64,000 nucleotides of DNA from Adineta vaga (GCA_021613535.1 CP075494.1:3224001-3288000); one strand, 5' to 3'; positions 35,283-49,875 are shown, counted from the first letter of the stretch. The notes: generated from the sequence alone by a model not told the origin. A program made the numbers and translations.

Positions 35283-38200
35283 TTAACAGCAATGGATTTT
35301 GCGTGTCTTCTCAATTTGTGCCTTTTCACATTCAACTAAATCGTTATATTCTTCAAGTGTTCCTAATCGATAGCCATACAAGTCAGTATCCATCCAAGAT
35401 AAAGGTTTTTGAGGAGCAAATTCACCATCTTCATTTCGAATAGAGATACCCGGTTTTTGATAGAAATCATAAAGATACCATGAAGACAATTTTTCTTCGG
35501 TATTCATATCGTTCAAAGGTGTTATTAGTAAGATTTTATTTTCATCCAGTTTCATTCGACGACGGACTTTCGAAGTTAAATTAGGTTTTGCACGGCAGAT
35601 TATTTCAACTAGACTTTTGACAAGATCATTTGTCTCCATGTCATAGGTAAGTTTAATGTCTTTGGTGTGCTCGTCAAGAATTGTTTGTACTGCAAACGCC
35701 ACAACAAACTGAGCAACGTGTTTAATGAGAGATTCAATTAAGGCTTGATCTGTTTCGGTTGACGAATCGACTTTATTTTTACGGCGAAAATACCGACATA
35801 TACGATGACAACAGCTACAAAATGTTGTTGATTCTTCGAAATTTTATTTTAATCTCAATAATTGTTCTTCATAACGATCAGCAAGTTCACGAGCTATTTG
35901 TCGTGCTAAATCGACCAGTTCTAGAATATCTCGATCTTCGATAAGGGCTGACATTCTAGTTTGATATTTGTTGTATTCATGGTTCTTCAGGATAAAACTA
36001 ATTCTCTTGGCTGCACTACTGACAATTCCACCACCATTAGGTATCGCAGCACCTATAATATCGCCCAACAATCCTAAACCATCTGCAATACTGTAAACAA
36101 GAATAAATATATACACAATCTCTGTTAATATTTGTTCCGTATGCAAATATATCCAACTTACTACGATTCAGTACCTGTTCGATCATGTTTAACTATGGGC
36201 TCATTATCACCATCTCCACTTATTACCGACATGGCTGTAAACTTATGCGAAAGAGAGCATCGCATCTTTCTATAGAAAATTTTTCGATTATCATTTGGAT
36301 CTTTAGTAAAATGCTTTTCATCAGCTTTAATTTCATTTCGAGTAGTATTGATCTTTTGTAGATCGGGAAACTTGTTAACTAAAAGTGAGACTATTAGTTT
36401 GTTGGTTTCTTCGTGATCGTTTGTTTGAAAAACGTTCTTCATATTGGTTATTTGCAGCACATGTTCGAAGTTTTCGGTTTGTGTAGTCGTTTGTTTCTCT
36501 TTTAAGTTTCGTAATTCATTTAATATGCGATGCCAAGCATTTTCGACGCTAGAAAATTGATCAAGCATCATTAAGTTGGTCCAGATTGATCATAGCTGCT
36601 GCAACATGTTTTTGATTTTCGTGCAAATTACAAAGAACAGCAAAAGAAAGAACTGAATGAATATCGTTTGGATCTTTTTCGATTGTTTGTTCGCACAAAT
36701 GCACTATTTTATGGTATGTTCTGTTAGCCATCGGTTCTCTATTTGAATTCTGTGATAATCTAAAACTTTGGTCCAATAATAAAGCAAACACAAGAGATAA
36801 ATCATTCGACCAATCTGATTGTGTTTTTGACATGGATGAAAGTTGTTGTATCAGAGACTGCAATGGAAAAGTTGGATAATAACAAAGCTATCTCGAGGAT
36901 AAGTCTGGATGTTTAAATTTTGATTACTAACTGCAAGAGATGTGCAATTGCACTATAATTGATACGATCGAATTCTATTGACTATTAAAAAGCTCGGAAA
37001 ACTAGCTCACGTTTAATATCCTATAAATCTATGTAAGTGTTTAGATAACAATTTATCTTACTTCATAATAGTGTTTTAGAGTACACAAATCAGTGTCCAT
37101 CCGTTCCAATTGCAATGCTAATCGTTTATCATAAATACACGCTTCTAATTGGCCCATTTTGTAAAGCACTTCTCCTCGTTCGTATAATATGTCCGATCGA
37201 TGTGGAGCTAGTTTATGTGCTCTTGTCAGATAGTCTAATGCCTGTGAATGCATGTTATCACCTTGACTTTGCAGCATGCCCAATCGAAATAAAGCTTTTG
37301 TATAATTTTTATCTTGTTTTAGCACATCCTCAAACATTGTTTTCGCAAGATCAGTTTTCCCAGATGCATAATGAGTTAAGCCAATATAAAATAAAGTTTC
37401 AAGATGATCCTTCTTCTTTGACACGCGCTCCAGAGCATCATAAAAATGTTGCAAAGCACCAGAATACTCGTGTAATTCATATTCAGCGATACCATAATAA
37501 AAATAACTATGAAATGTTGCTATTGCTGTATTACACTCATTATAACATGTCTTTTTTAGTTTATCGAATGTTGCTCGAGCTGTTTCATCTTCATTGGCAG
37601 ACATTAGGGCTCGTGCTAAACAATATATATAATATTTGGTCGGTTGGAAGCATCGATGATTTGCATCCGCAATATCTTTCAATGCTTTATCATGTTGATT
37701 AATCTCGCTATACACGAGACCTCGACTTAAATATCCTTTATGGATGTAAATCTCATTTTGATTGCATTGAATATAAATAGTGTAATCAATGAGAGCTTCG
37801 GCGTATCGACCAATTAATTGATAGGCAAAAGCGCGTTTGTAATATACTCTACCGTCAGTATATTGCGGTGAAAATGTCAATGCTTGATCGAAATTTTCAA
37901 TTGCCCGATGAATCTCAATGTATTCATCTAGTTCAAGACGAGCACATCCACAATAATACAGCGATTACAAAGTGGCAGGTGATATTTCATTGAAAATAAT
38001 CACAGCTGCACAATAATTACCTTCTGATGCTCTCTGACGACCAAGTTCAATTTGTTTACTATCCTACATAGAACGTTACGGAAAAATCTTTGTCATTTCG
38101 TCTATCTCCGTTGAAAATTGATCTGAGATGCCCTATCGATTATAAAACTCGAAGTCTTCTCTAATAAGGATATCATTGAAATGAGTAAGTTAAGTTTTGA

Positions 38201-38860
38201 AGTGAAGAAATTTATGAAATATCTCGAGTCATCTATCTTTTCACAGCTGCCATTGACAAAGTGGGGCAAAAGGCCGAATATCAACTAAACAAGGTCTGAT
38301 TTGTCATTTATTTTACCGAAATTGCTTCTCGAATTGGAACGTCGACTGTGTTGTAGCTGGTGGATGACTTCTTTCCATTGGTATACCATCATCTTGATCG
38401 TCTGTAGGTTGCAACTAAAAAAATAGATTTTTATAAACAAATTCTTCCGTCATCAATAAGTCACGATATTAAGATGAAAATGGAATATGGGGTACTAAAT
38501 ATGCAGATTATATCACAAACATTTCGATGAATTCGGACAGATATTATCATTTGTGTTCCTTTATCGTCAACGAACTGATAGTGGTTTGTTCTCTTTAGAT
38601 ATCTGTATTCGGTATAGTAAAATTCGTTGAGAAATGTTCAAATGTATTCATTGAATTATGATTGACGAGATATTACTGTAGCTCACTTATTATCGATATT
38701 AGTCATATAAAACGAATGAATAAATAAAAGAATGAAATTTTACTTTTGTTATGGTAGTTGGTCGCGATGATTCCATTTGCTCTTTTAAATCATCTTCATT
38801 TGCCTCTCTCTTCACTTTAGTCTTTCGTTCAGATACGTTTCTAGATCGACTTGCAATCAT
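35283..38860 (-). CDS. Large multi-exon TPR protein with uncharacterised C-terminal helical domains; possibly disrupted near 36565
   Basis: Canonical TPRs at 37053-37880 (YYKRAFAY..., YLSRGLVY...). Colinear ORFs continue to IHCC*. There is a frame change at about 36565. Confidence 0.6.
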
Positions 38861-39484
38861 AATTTGTTATTTATGAATGGAAAAACAACTGTAAAAAAAA
38901 CAGGAATTCTCCGTTTTTTTATTATTTTCTTCGCGTCGAATGTGTTGAAGTATTTATTTAGCTTCACAGAGAAATTTTGTTTGTTAGACGTTGCTATTCA
39001 AATTTCCGAAAACCTTGAAATGAGACAACGTTATCGCATATGCAAAAAAGAAAAACTTTTTTTTTCTTCTAAAGTTGATTTTTCTTCGTCTTCAAACATA
39101 CTGTTACATTAAGTGTTTCTGCATGTTTTTTCATGGACCAAGATCGAAAGAAACATTTTTTTTTCTTTATTGGTCTTTCTTCTATCAAACTATAAATATT
39201 AATAGTATACGTATGATTATTTTACATGAAGCAGCGGTTTCTCATTTCATTTCAAAGTTGATTTCATATGTTCTTGACTGTGTAGATGAGCGTAATAAAT
39301 TCACTTCATACTACATCTTTAAATAGTTTGAAGTATTGATATTTAAGTACACATAAATAGAGGGCGACTGTGTCGAGCGTAAAAACGATCGATAAAAGAA
39401 TTCATTGATTGGTTATAGACAATATGACTCATATATCTAACATGTATATTCTATTAATTCACATTTAAATTTTGATTTGAAATC

Positions 39485-40307
39485 ATGAGCACAAGAATAG
39501 TCTCGAATACGATTAAACTTCGACTTCATTATTGGAATATTCGTGGACGTGTTCAAGCAGTTCGTTATATGCTTGAAGATATTTCATACAAACATAAAAA
39601 TGTTGATTATAAAGAAAGTTTTGAACCAATCAATACAATGATGAATACATGGGCGAAAAGAAAAGCTGATCAAACAGTATCTGGTCCATTTCGAACGTTA
39701 CCAATTCTTCATTGGAATGATACACATACATTTAGTCAATCATTAACACTCGGTTTGTTCAATTAACTTCCAAAATAAAATCAATCTTGTATTATTACTT
39801 TCAGGAGAATTATTAGCAAAAAAATTTGATTTATATGGTAAATTAACAAGAACAATCAATGATAAAGATTTTCTCGAAAGTTATCTCAATGGTGTTGTTT
39901 CATGTGCATATACAGATATTATATCAAATCTCATAACATGTTTATGGAGTATGATTGATTTCGTTGATGAAACAAATCCATCGAATCGTTTCTCTCGAAA
40001 AATTCCAAATGATCTCAAAGCTTTGAATGATTTACTTGAAAAAAGTTCAACAACGTTTTATTATGATCAAATTGAACCAACGATTGCGGATTATTTTGTT
40101 TTTGAAGCATTTACAATGGCACGAGATTATTCGAAGAAATTTTTACCAAATGAAGAAAATCGTCAAGCACTAATTAAACTTGAACAAGTCATGAAACAAC
40201 GGCCAGCAATAGCGAATTATTTCAAAAAAAATTCATTATCCAAACGTTTTACTGGTTCACCAAAAGAAATTCAATATTTAACAAAACTTGCTGAAACATT
40301 CAAATAA
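39485..40307 (+). CDS. Cytosolic glutathione S-transferase, intron 39753-39804
   Basis: LHYWNIRGRVQAVRYMLED, PFRTLP, SQSLTLG|ELLA, EPTIADY and RPAIANY. Confidence 0.88.
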
Positions 40308-40510
40308 CTTTTCCGTTTTCTCATGATTTCAACAAGGAAACATGATTCATTTACTAAGAGAAACACTAGGAACTATTCATTTATTTCAAATGTATTTTTT
40401 TCATCATAGATTTGATTTATAGAATAGAAAAAAATGTGTGCATAGTATGCATGCTTATAAATGCCATTACTTAATGGTTGATTTCAGACCATGGCTTTTT
40501 ATATTGCTAA

Positions 40511-40598
40511 GAGAGGGTGTGAGTGTGGGTCAGGGTGAGGGTTAAGAGTATAGCCTGCTCTACACCCACACACCCACAGCCAGACACACTCTCAAGAT
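40511..40598. repeat. Telomere-like mini-hairpin, the longest copy
   Basis: (A)GAGGG TGTGAG TGTGGG TCAGGG TGAGGG ... CACCCACACACCCACAGCCAGACACACTCTCAAGAT, with 6-bp periodicity. Confidence 0.75.
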
Positions 40599-40690
40599 GC
40601 ATCAAATATGTATTCATTAAAAATAGATAGTTGGATAGAATAAATTGTCAACAAATCTTGTTTAAAGATAAATAGGAATGATAACTTTTG

Positions 40691-42437
40691 TTATTGAATC
40701 CAAATTCGAATTTTGCCAAAATGACGTGCTTCTCTAAATACAATATATGTTGATGGTAATTGGGATTTTGCCCATGTCAACTATTTATCCGGGGTGGACA
40801 AGCATTCCGATGGTCCATTAAAAGGATCATCTGCGCATTTAACCACTAGTAATCGAAGAGTTTTCATACTAGACAGAAGTTCAAGAATATTCTCACGAGT
40901 TTCCACACGTATAATTAGCGTTTCGCACTGTTGGGCAAGAGTCAGACGACTGAGTATTTGACATCGATTACGATCGAAATATTGTGGACTATCGGTTGAT
41001 GAAAATCCACATAAATCTAGTTCACGAATAGAGCTATTAGTAATGTATTCAATTAGTCCAAGTGAAGTAGACGATGGCCATTTCCATACGACAAGTCGAT
41101 GCAAGTGTGGTGCTGTGTTCAATAAAGTCAGTAGATGATCATTAGTTTCATCTTTTTCGATATACAATTCCAGATATTGCAGTTTATGAAGACTTGGGAT
41201 GGCTATCTCGAATTGGTCATTCGTTGGAAGTGTTAATACCAGAGAGTGGAGGTTGTAAAAACAAATCGGTAATGATGTTGTTTGCTGTTCGTTAGGAAAG
41301 TGTGCATAATTTAATGAACGCACACGGTTGTACGAATGATGAAGAACACATGTTATTTGAGATTGTAAATGAATATTAGGAGCACCTTCATAGAAATGAT
41401 TGGACATGTACGGAAGAGTATAGAGATAAATATTGTCTGCTTGAACCTCTTGCCAATCACAACGAACACACCAATGATGTTCTTGTAACCAAAAATTATT
41501 ATTAAATGAATTTACTAAGGCAGTCACTTGATCTTCGATACTCCGGTTTGAACAAGCTTTGTACTGGATTAGAAAGCAAAAATTTTGGAGCATAGGTAGA
41601 TGTTCAGAAATGAGAGTTTGCCACTGAAAACCATTCGCTGCCATTGGAAGTGTAGCAATAAGTTTTAGATATTCTAGGTTTGGCATAGACGAAAGAAGAT
41701 TAACTAGAACATGGAATTTACTACCAAAGTTAAGATTCATAGTTTCTTTATTCGCTCGGATATATGCAATGCTTGTTGGTATCCACAGCGGCTTTCACAT
41801 TTCAAGAATGCGTTCTCTAAATAAGGTGTATGTTGGAAAATTCTAGATACTTCATCTGGATAACTGCTCAGATCTGGTAATTCCACGTATTTTAACGATG
41901 AAGAAATCGTGCTCAAAGTGGGAAAATATGTATTGCTAGCTAGTTTACCGATATCTAAATAAAGGTGACGAGCTTCGGTAAACACCAGATTTGATTGAAT
42001 ATTGACGTAAGAGTTTGTGCATCATACAATATTTCGAATCGACAAATACTAAGATGAGTTAAGTTTGACAAGTCGTTCATTCGTGTCATCAGTTGTTGCC
42101 AGATCTGAAGTGATTCTATGTGTTCAAGTAATAAAAACTGAAGAGATACAAATCGATCAAGACGAAGATTTTGTGAAAGAAATGCATTGGTCTGTGATGG
42201 ATAATCGGCACTTGAACATAGACGAAATGAGCGAATCAATGGTGAATAATATTGATAAAATTCATCAAAATCATATTCCGAAATGAATTTTAAATCAGCA
42301 CTGTACAGTTGAAAATGATCAATGAGAAGGCGACGAAAATAACTGTTAAGCGAATGAAAAATATGGATGAGATCTCCAGTCGAAAGATAAGGAAAAACCA
42401 TCAACCATAATTCGGCAGGTAAACTTTTCATTGACAT
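40691..42437 (-). pseudogene. F-box/LRR-like protein (bdelloid-expanded type)
   Basis: F-box LPAELWLMVFPYL, frameshifts at about 41960 and 41740, and a premature TAG at 40781 before the family-type tail LTWAKSQLPST...IRIWIQ*. Confidence 0.8.
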
Positions 42438-43044
42438 TTTTCTTTGTTTCTTCCTAAGTTTCGATAAATCAGAATTAAATTTATGAAAAAAAACGTTAAC
42501 TAGATGAAGTAATGCTTACCAAAAATAAACTGAAAGTGAAGGTTTTCTAGAGAAAATAAGAAAAGAAAAAAACCCACTGTAATTGTCAGAAGTTGCAGAG
42601 AAAATACCCAACGCAACTGATGGTGACCTCTATTTGAAACAAACAACAGTAAAAAATTGAATACTTATGTAAATATTTCTTTTATAAACTATAAATTAAT
42701 GTTGATTGGTCATTTTCAATCATTATGATATGATCGCAATGAACGAATGGAAAAGACCAATTCTCACTGCCAGTTTTCTGTTCATACAGAGCACAAGAAG
42801 AATAATGTACACATACATTTAACCAAAATAGAGTTAATCCTGAACAACACACTTTTTAGCGAAATTTGGAACTATTCAATCAATTCACATGTCTTTTATT
42901 ATAAAGAGAGAGATTAACAGCATAAGAGCACGTGAGAAAATAAGACATAAATAATGTTTTTTCTTGGAAATTAATTATTCATCAGATGTTTATACTACTA
43001 AAATCAGTCAACAGTTAAGCGAGTCTCTCTCAAAGAGCGTTGTC

Positions 43045-43345
43045 TATTCTTTTAATTATCAATCCACATCTTCAACAATTCTACTAGTGCTCAAACCATA
43101 AGCAATATAAATACCATATGGGATAAGACGGATAACACCGAGCATGACTTGAACCAATATCATTTTGACTCACTGATGATCAGTATTTGATTTAACAAGT
43201 ACTCTTGTCTGTTGAATATTATAATTAGTTAACATCATGCTCGTGATAAGTACGCACTCTTGAAAAGATCGGTTATAAGAAAGAAGAAGTCAACGTAGAT
43301 TGTAAATTTTTGAGCATGGAATAATTATCAATGGCATAATGATTA
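43045..43345 (-). pseudogene. Internally deleted paralog of the neighbouring GPCR
   Basis: Blocks match 44330-44520, about 44843-44852, about 44972-44993 and about 45025-45120 in order. Confidence 0.75.
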
Positions 43346-44091
43346 TTTTCGTTGATAAAATGTGAATATCAAATATTGGAAATCTGTGTCATCCGTTCCA
43401 CTTATCGTCTGTCATTGTAGAACATATATGATGAACTTGAGTGAAATGCCGTTTCATGTTTTCGAATTTTTGCATATATATCTGTCTATTGTAATACAAA
43501 AAGCTGCACATATAACATAAGTAACAAATTATTTTAATCAGCAACAATTATGGGATGAATGAGTTCGTCAAAACTCAACATGTTTTTCTTTTCTCTACTC
43601 ATGTACTGACTCTGCATTAATCTGTATAAGAACTATAGGGGTGATACTTTTAACAAGTAATTTCTTTTTGTTCAATTAAAAAGAAACCATTTGCTCTTGG
43701 TTTTCATTTATGACTTCCAGTAGACACAACTCTAACATCCATAGATCAAAAACATTTCCTCGCTCTGTTCTTTGATTGAAATAAGTTGATTTTGACAAAG
43801 AATTTCTTCTTGTGGAAGAAATGTTTGTTTGTCATTTCTAACTTTTTACTTTTTTATGGTTACACTAGGGAAACATGCTCGGATTACTGACTGAAAAATT
43901 GGAAATTGTCCTGGTAGTTCAAATGTATTTTGATCCATATAGATTTAGCGTTGCTAGAATGCATAGAATAGGAAAAGTGCGTGTCTAGATACATGCTCAC
44001 AATACCATTAATTTTATACTATGAAGGAAAATATTAAAACGAAGAGTGTTTGACAAACTAAGACACAAAAAATAATGTTTTTTCTTTCAAA

Positions 44092-45089
44092 TTATTTATT
44101 GATTACATGTAACGGAATACGAAACGTAGTTGGACGTGGATTGATTTGATTTCGTCTCTTCAAACAGAATAGTTGATGTTTAAAATTTCGTCGAAAACGA
44201 TTTGATGAAATCAAGAATGTGTAACAACTTCCCTAAAAAAAACACGTATAAACATATGATAATAGAGAATGAATTAACTTACAGCAAAATAAAAATATGT
44301 GATCATACTAATAACTGTCGATGCAAAATATTCTTTTAATTGTCGATCAACATCTTTAACAACTCCACTTGTACTCAAACTGTAGATCCTCTGAAGACCA
44401 TATGGAATGAAACTGATCACAACAAGTATGACTTGAACCAAAGCCATTCTGACTAATTGACGATCAGCAAATTTCTCTGCTAGAACTCTTACCTGTTGAA
44501 TATTATAATAAGTTAACCATCCGAATATAATTAAAATTGAACATGGTATTATACAAACAACACCAAGTAGATAAAATGCAGTGTAATTAGAATAAATTGC
44601 ATTCGTGATTATACAAGTGTTAGTAGTTGGTGAAATATCATAGAACAAAAGAACAGGTATTCCATGTAAACAACTCAATAGAATAACAATGAAGATCATT
44701 CGATGAGCCGATTTTATATTACTATAATTTCGGATAGAAATCCTTCTTGATGTCACTAAAAATTGATCGATTGCAGCTAAACATGAACAACTCATTGCAA
44801 TAACAGTAGGAATGACAAGAAAATAGTATCGTAGTTTACATCCTGCTCGTGAAATGTTGGCTAAATCAAAACCATAACTTACACTTAAAATACGAGCAGG
44901 AATATTAAATAGGAGATAAAGAAGATTGTTGATGGATCCAACAAGAAAATAAAATGTGCAAGGAGTTGAACGATAAGTATGCACTCTTGAAAATACCAAA
45001 ATATTCACTCCATTGCTAATAACACCGGCTATAAGAAAGAAGAAGCCAGCATAGATAGTAAATTGTTGAGCATCGTATATCAATGCCAT
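44092..45089 (-). CDS. Rhodopsin-family GPCR, intron at about 44234-44281
   Basis: Seven hydrophobic segments, TPCTFYF, CKLRYY and CLAAIDQF. The last exon reads GSCYTFLISSNRFR...VINK*. Confidence 0.85.
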
Positions 45090-45256
45090 GGTATACTTGT
45101 TCTCGTTGATAAAATATGAAAAGTGTTTGACTATAAACGCGTCTGTGTATCTAATAAAATATCTGATGCGTTGAATTCATCAATTTTTTACGAAAGAAAA
45201 AATTTATTCTATTCTTACAGCTTTGAATTGCGTCATTATCTCTTTCACGAGACATA

Positions 45257-46029
45257 TCCCCCTACCCAAAAATAATCACACGATATTTTTAACCTAGCAG
45301 CACTATACATTAATATTCTGATAGCCCATGAAATTTCCTGCAACTTCATATATACATATATATATAAATTTTGAGTTGCAGTTTTTGTTTAGAAAAGATT
45401 CAAGTAAATCACAGACACCCACATCGTCAGATTCTCCCAACATGGAAATCTTTTTGTTTGAAATATAGAGTAATTTCTCGCGAAAATAAGTGTACATTCT
45501 GTAATTTTGTTGGTTTTCGCTTGCAATTTTTTGATGACAAAATGTTCGAGTATTGTCAACATATTCTCATCTTCAAATACTTCGCATAAACTATTTCTAT
45601 TAACCAAGTAAGAAATATGAATAATAAAAAGTTCATTAGATTTGATATCGATGCTGTCTGATCTGGCAGAAGTCATTTTTCACAGAGATATCAGCTGGAT
45701 TCTCAGTAGTATTTGATCTGGAAACGTGATGTGTGAGTGTATTAACAATATTCGAAGTGCTAATCATCAAATATTTGCAATATATGATTGGTGAAAGTGC
45801 AGAGTGATAGAGAATTTTCCGCGCTTTCAGAATCTACCCTTATTTTCGTGAGAAACTATTCTATATTTCAAAGAAAAAGATTTCCATGTTGGGAGAATCT
45901 GACGATGTGGGTGTCTGTGATGTACTTGAATCTTTTCTAAACAAAAACTGCAACTCCATGGGCTATCAGAATATTAATTTATAGTGCTGCTAGGTTGAAA
46001 ATACCGTGTGATTCTTTTTGGCTAGAGGA
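45257..46029. mobile_element. MITE with about 190-bp TIRs flanked by TA
   Basis: 45257-45490 is the reverse complement of 45839-46029. The left arm has an insertion of about 40 bp. Confidence 0.8.
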
Positions 46030-46725
46030 TAAGATAGGATAATTATTTAATTATTATACATCTATTTAGATTATACAACGAGTGACAAGAATATAATGTT
46101 ATATAACTTATTTAAAATAAAAACTTAATGTTTAGTAAATAACAACCATCTGTAAATATTAACTATTGATAAGTACAGTTCAAATTTTCTATATGCAAAG
46201 AAAACAACTTCGATGAAAATGAAATAAAAAATTCTTTTATAATTAAATATAACTTTTATTGCAAGATATATTTTTAAGAAAAAAATATTACTGAGTTTAT
46301 TCATGAAGATTTTCAAGCAAAACTAATTTTTAAACTATTATTCGTGTTAAATGTGGTCACGCAATGAAATTCCGTCCATTTTTTCTGGTTGAGATTTTGA
46401 TTTTGTTTCACTCTAATTATATTTCATATTCATTTTATCGATTTATTCTATTGATTAGACCGAATGCTTTATTTAGCATCTAGCGAACTATTTCAAATTG
46501 AAAATAAATACATATGGTGTATAACCTATTTTGATAAAAATCAATCAAATATGTCCTGAAAAGACAAAATTAATCTTTGTTTTTCTTTTTATGTTCTTTA
46601 GAAAATGAAAGAAAGAAAACAGCTGAAACAAATAGAAAGATAAAGAAATAAAATTATCCTATGATTTTATGTTTTTATATATCATATATTATATTCAAAT
46701 ATTAAACTCGAATAGTGAAAGTTAG

Positions 46726-47706
46726 ATGGAAATCTATTTAACAATAATATTATTTATTGGTTGGTCTTCGATCATCAAATGTGATCAACCGAATTTTCCA
46801 CGTCAAATCGTTTTCTCAACAGACAATGGTCAAACAATCTATGCAATTGATGAAATCAATTAACGTGCTTCTAAATCAGTAACAGTTAATTCTTCATTAG
46901 TTCAATCTTCTTTCTTAATGAAACAGTTTCCTTATGCACCTTCTGACTCACCACAATCGAAATATTATGTTGAATTATCATTAAATTCACCACCAGGTAC
47001 TTGTCGGTATGGAACATTTTGGATTTATGGTGGATTTTTTTACAATAAATTTCCATCGCATTGGTTATCTAATTCAACTTCAATTAGTGTCATGAATTAT
47101 CTTCCGAATAATTTTACCATGATTCATTCATCAGATTCATTGCCCGATGAAGATTATTGGTATTCAAAAGAAACATGTCGAATTAGCAGTGGAAAATGGT
47201 ATTCATGTCAAGAAATTTATTTCAAGAAAAATACCGACATACCTCTTCGATCCATACAAGTTGTTCGTCGAAGTTTGAATTACTCTCAAGTAACAACAGA
47301 TTATACGATTATATCAATTGGAAAACCGGATGAGAAATATTTTGATTCAATTCCAGAAAATTGGTCAACTGTTTGTCAAGATACTAATCTTGGTATTGAA
47401 CATCATCCAACATCAACAAGAATTCTTTTAAATCAAAGTGCAAGAATTCAAATATTACTTACTTCACCACCACATCGAATTAATGGTAATGATACTGTTA
47501 TTATTCAATGGAAAGCAGATATCTGCGAAGATTGTCTTACATGGACACCAAAACGACTTGTTTTTAATTCAAAAAATTTCTTCGAAAAACAAATCTTAAC
47601 AATAACTCGTATCAAAGATTCACCGAAAATTACTTTTCTTCCAATTTTTTATGGTGGAGGTTTTGATTCTCTTCCATCTTCATCCGATCCTATTTTTGTT
47701 AGTTGA
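46726..47706 (+). pseudogene. Secreted protein of unknown function (possibly ependymin-like) with a premature TAA at 46861
   Basis: Signal peptide MEIYLTIILFIGWSSIIKC is in frame with the 262-aa ORF. The single stop is at AIDEIN*RA (CAA to TAA). Confidence 0.6.
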
Positions 47707-48063
47707 ACCTTTTTGTTTTCTTCAAATTATTATAAAATAAAGTATTCATGAAAATCAAATTCAACAACAATATTAAGATCTGATTTATAATCATGTTGAA
47801 AAGAGAATAAGAACTATACAAAAATCATAATTACAACTCATTGATATTTGGTTTATTCAAGATTTTCACAGGTACTTTTATATCAATTTATCGAACAGAG
47901 AGTAACACGATGGAATCCGATTAAAAAGGTATTCTTTCATCAATTAATTTCTTTCCCGTTAATCTTAAAACAAAAGAAAACAAAATTCCGTTGACGTCGT
48001 TGTATCGTTCATACAAGTTATCTCTCATTAGAATTATCGGGTAAACCAACTCTAATTAAAAAC

Positions 48064-48200
48064 TATACTGAAATGGCATCCATGGGATTGGTTGATATCG
48101 TTTCAAATGTAGGTGCACAGACAGGTCTATCTATGGCTTGGTATCAGTTTTCTATCATTAATAGAAGTCGTAGAAATGCCTATCGACTTATATGATATCA
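48064..48200 (+). pseudogene. DEG/ENaC channel TM2 fragment
   Basis: MGLVDIVSNVGAQTGL[CTAT duplication]WLGISFLSLIEVVEM matches the ENaC SNVGGxxGLWxGxS motif. Confidence 0.65.
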
Positions 48201-48240
48201 TCGTCAGGCAATTCTAATTTATTAATAAATAAATGAATCT

Positions 48241-48400
48241 AATCTGGTAACTTTTTACAATAACATCCGTGTAGTCTATGCCAAAGGGAAATAATTTCCA
48301 AGAGCACTGTTTCATTTAAAACAAACTTTGAATACCATATAACCTTTTGTTCTTTCTGATAATCGTAGCTTAACAATTATTCAGAATAGTATCGATTTTC
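48241..48400 (+). pseudogene. TPR remnant
   Basis: NLVTFYNNIRVVYAKGK*FPRALFHLKQTL. Confidence 0.45.
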
Positions 48401-48876
48401 TGAAAATTGAGGAACCAAAGAAAAGAAAATATTTCAACGCTTACCCACGCTGAAATTCAGACCTAAAATAATTAGATAAAATATAAAAAATATCACAATG
48501 TAATCTATGAATAATTTCAGCGTAGAAAATAATACATTGTGTTTATTATTCTTTCGGATATTCGCACGTCTCTCGTCACATTCAAAACTAATTTTCAAGA
48601 TTTAATACAAAAGATGTCGAGCATTTTTTTTACCTATGGTATTACTTATTTCGTTCAAATTAACTTTACTACGAGATATATTAACACTATAAACACACGT
48701 GCTTTTTTTAATTGTTTGCTGCATAATAAATGAGGTGTTCATTGAAAAAACGATATTAGATTGTTTTATGGCATTAAGTTATCTGCGCAGACATGAATTA
48801 ATATTGTTTCCATAAATAAACTAAATTATCTTTGCAAATATCGTCTTGTACAAAGGTTTATTATAATTCTTGTATA

Positions 48877-49875
48877 ATGACAAACGCGAACGATACTTTC
48901 AAGAGTGGAACATTTTCTGCCTATGCTGAACTTGCTATTACTTATCCTGTTCGATTTTGGCTCTTTCTTATTTCCAATATCTTATCATTACAATGTTGTC
49001 TGTTCGTTTTATATCATTTCCTATTCATTCGTAATCTTCGTGAATCATTAAACAATGATGTTCTTATAGTTCTACTCTTACGTGACTTAATTTTTGAGGG
49101 TACTCTTTTTTCTTTTATTCTTCACTACTATCGATTAAATGATTCTTGGCAAATTTCACGTCCTTTTTCGCAAATTTGATCGTATCCGAGCTTTGAAATA
49201 TTTTCAACAATAACAATTACATTTTCTTGGTGTACAATCGAAAGACATATATTTATTTTTCATAGTCAATTATTAGCAACGAAATGGAGTCGAGTTCTCT
49301 TACATTATATTCCTTTATTCGCTGTTCCTCTTTATGCTTTAACTTATTATGCTATATTGATATTTTATCCATTTTGTGATTATTTACCATTCCAATGGAC
49401 TATCAACGGTGTGTATATTCCTTGTTTTCTTCTTCATCCAATACTTTCTATACTTGACCTAATCATGCATCAAATTATTCCAATTTTCATTATCATCATC
49501 TGCACATTGGGACTTCTTATTCGATTTATACGACAAAAAACTAATCTTAGACAATCGATGCAATGGCGGAAACAAAGAAAGTTGTTGCTTCAAGTATTTT
49601 CGATCTTACATTCTCTTTACTGGTTTTCAATATCCATGCACGATTTTGCAACTTTGTGGTTTATTTGAATTGTCACTCGATTCGTTGGGAAATATAAAGA
49701 ATTACATGTTTTTCTTTGGATATTATGTTATATTTCTTTTCTATTCGTTTGTTGTGGAACATTACCAAATATTGGTAAGAAAATGAGAAAGATTTTTTGT
49801 TGCAAGAAATAAAATGGACAAATTGCGGCTGCTCCAATTCCATTGAACAATCGTATAAATGTAAACAAATAATCT
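48877..49875 (+). pseudogene. Rhodopsin-family GPCR pseudogene
   Basis: TM segments, WCTIERHIFIFH and QWRKQRK. TGA at 49177 and a frameshift near 49600. Confidence 0.75.

Noticed and set aside
37115-37702. 195-aa plus-strand ORF
   Set aside because: It is the antisense shadow of the TPR exon and has no recognisable motifs.
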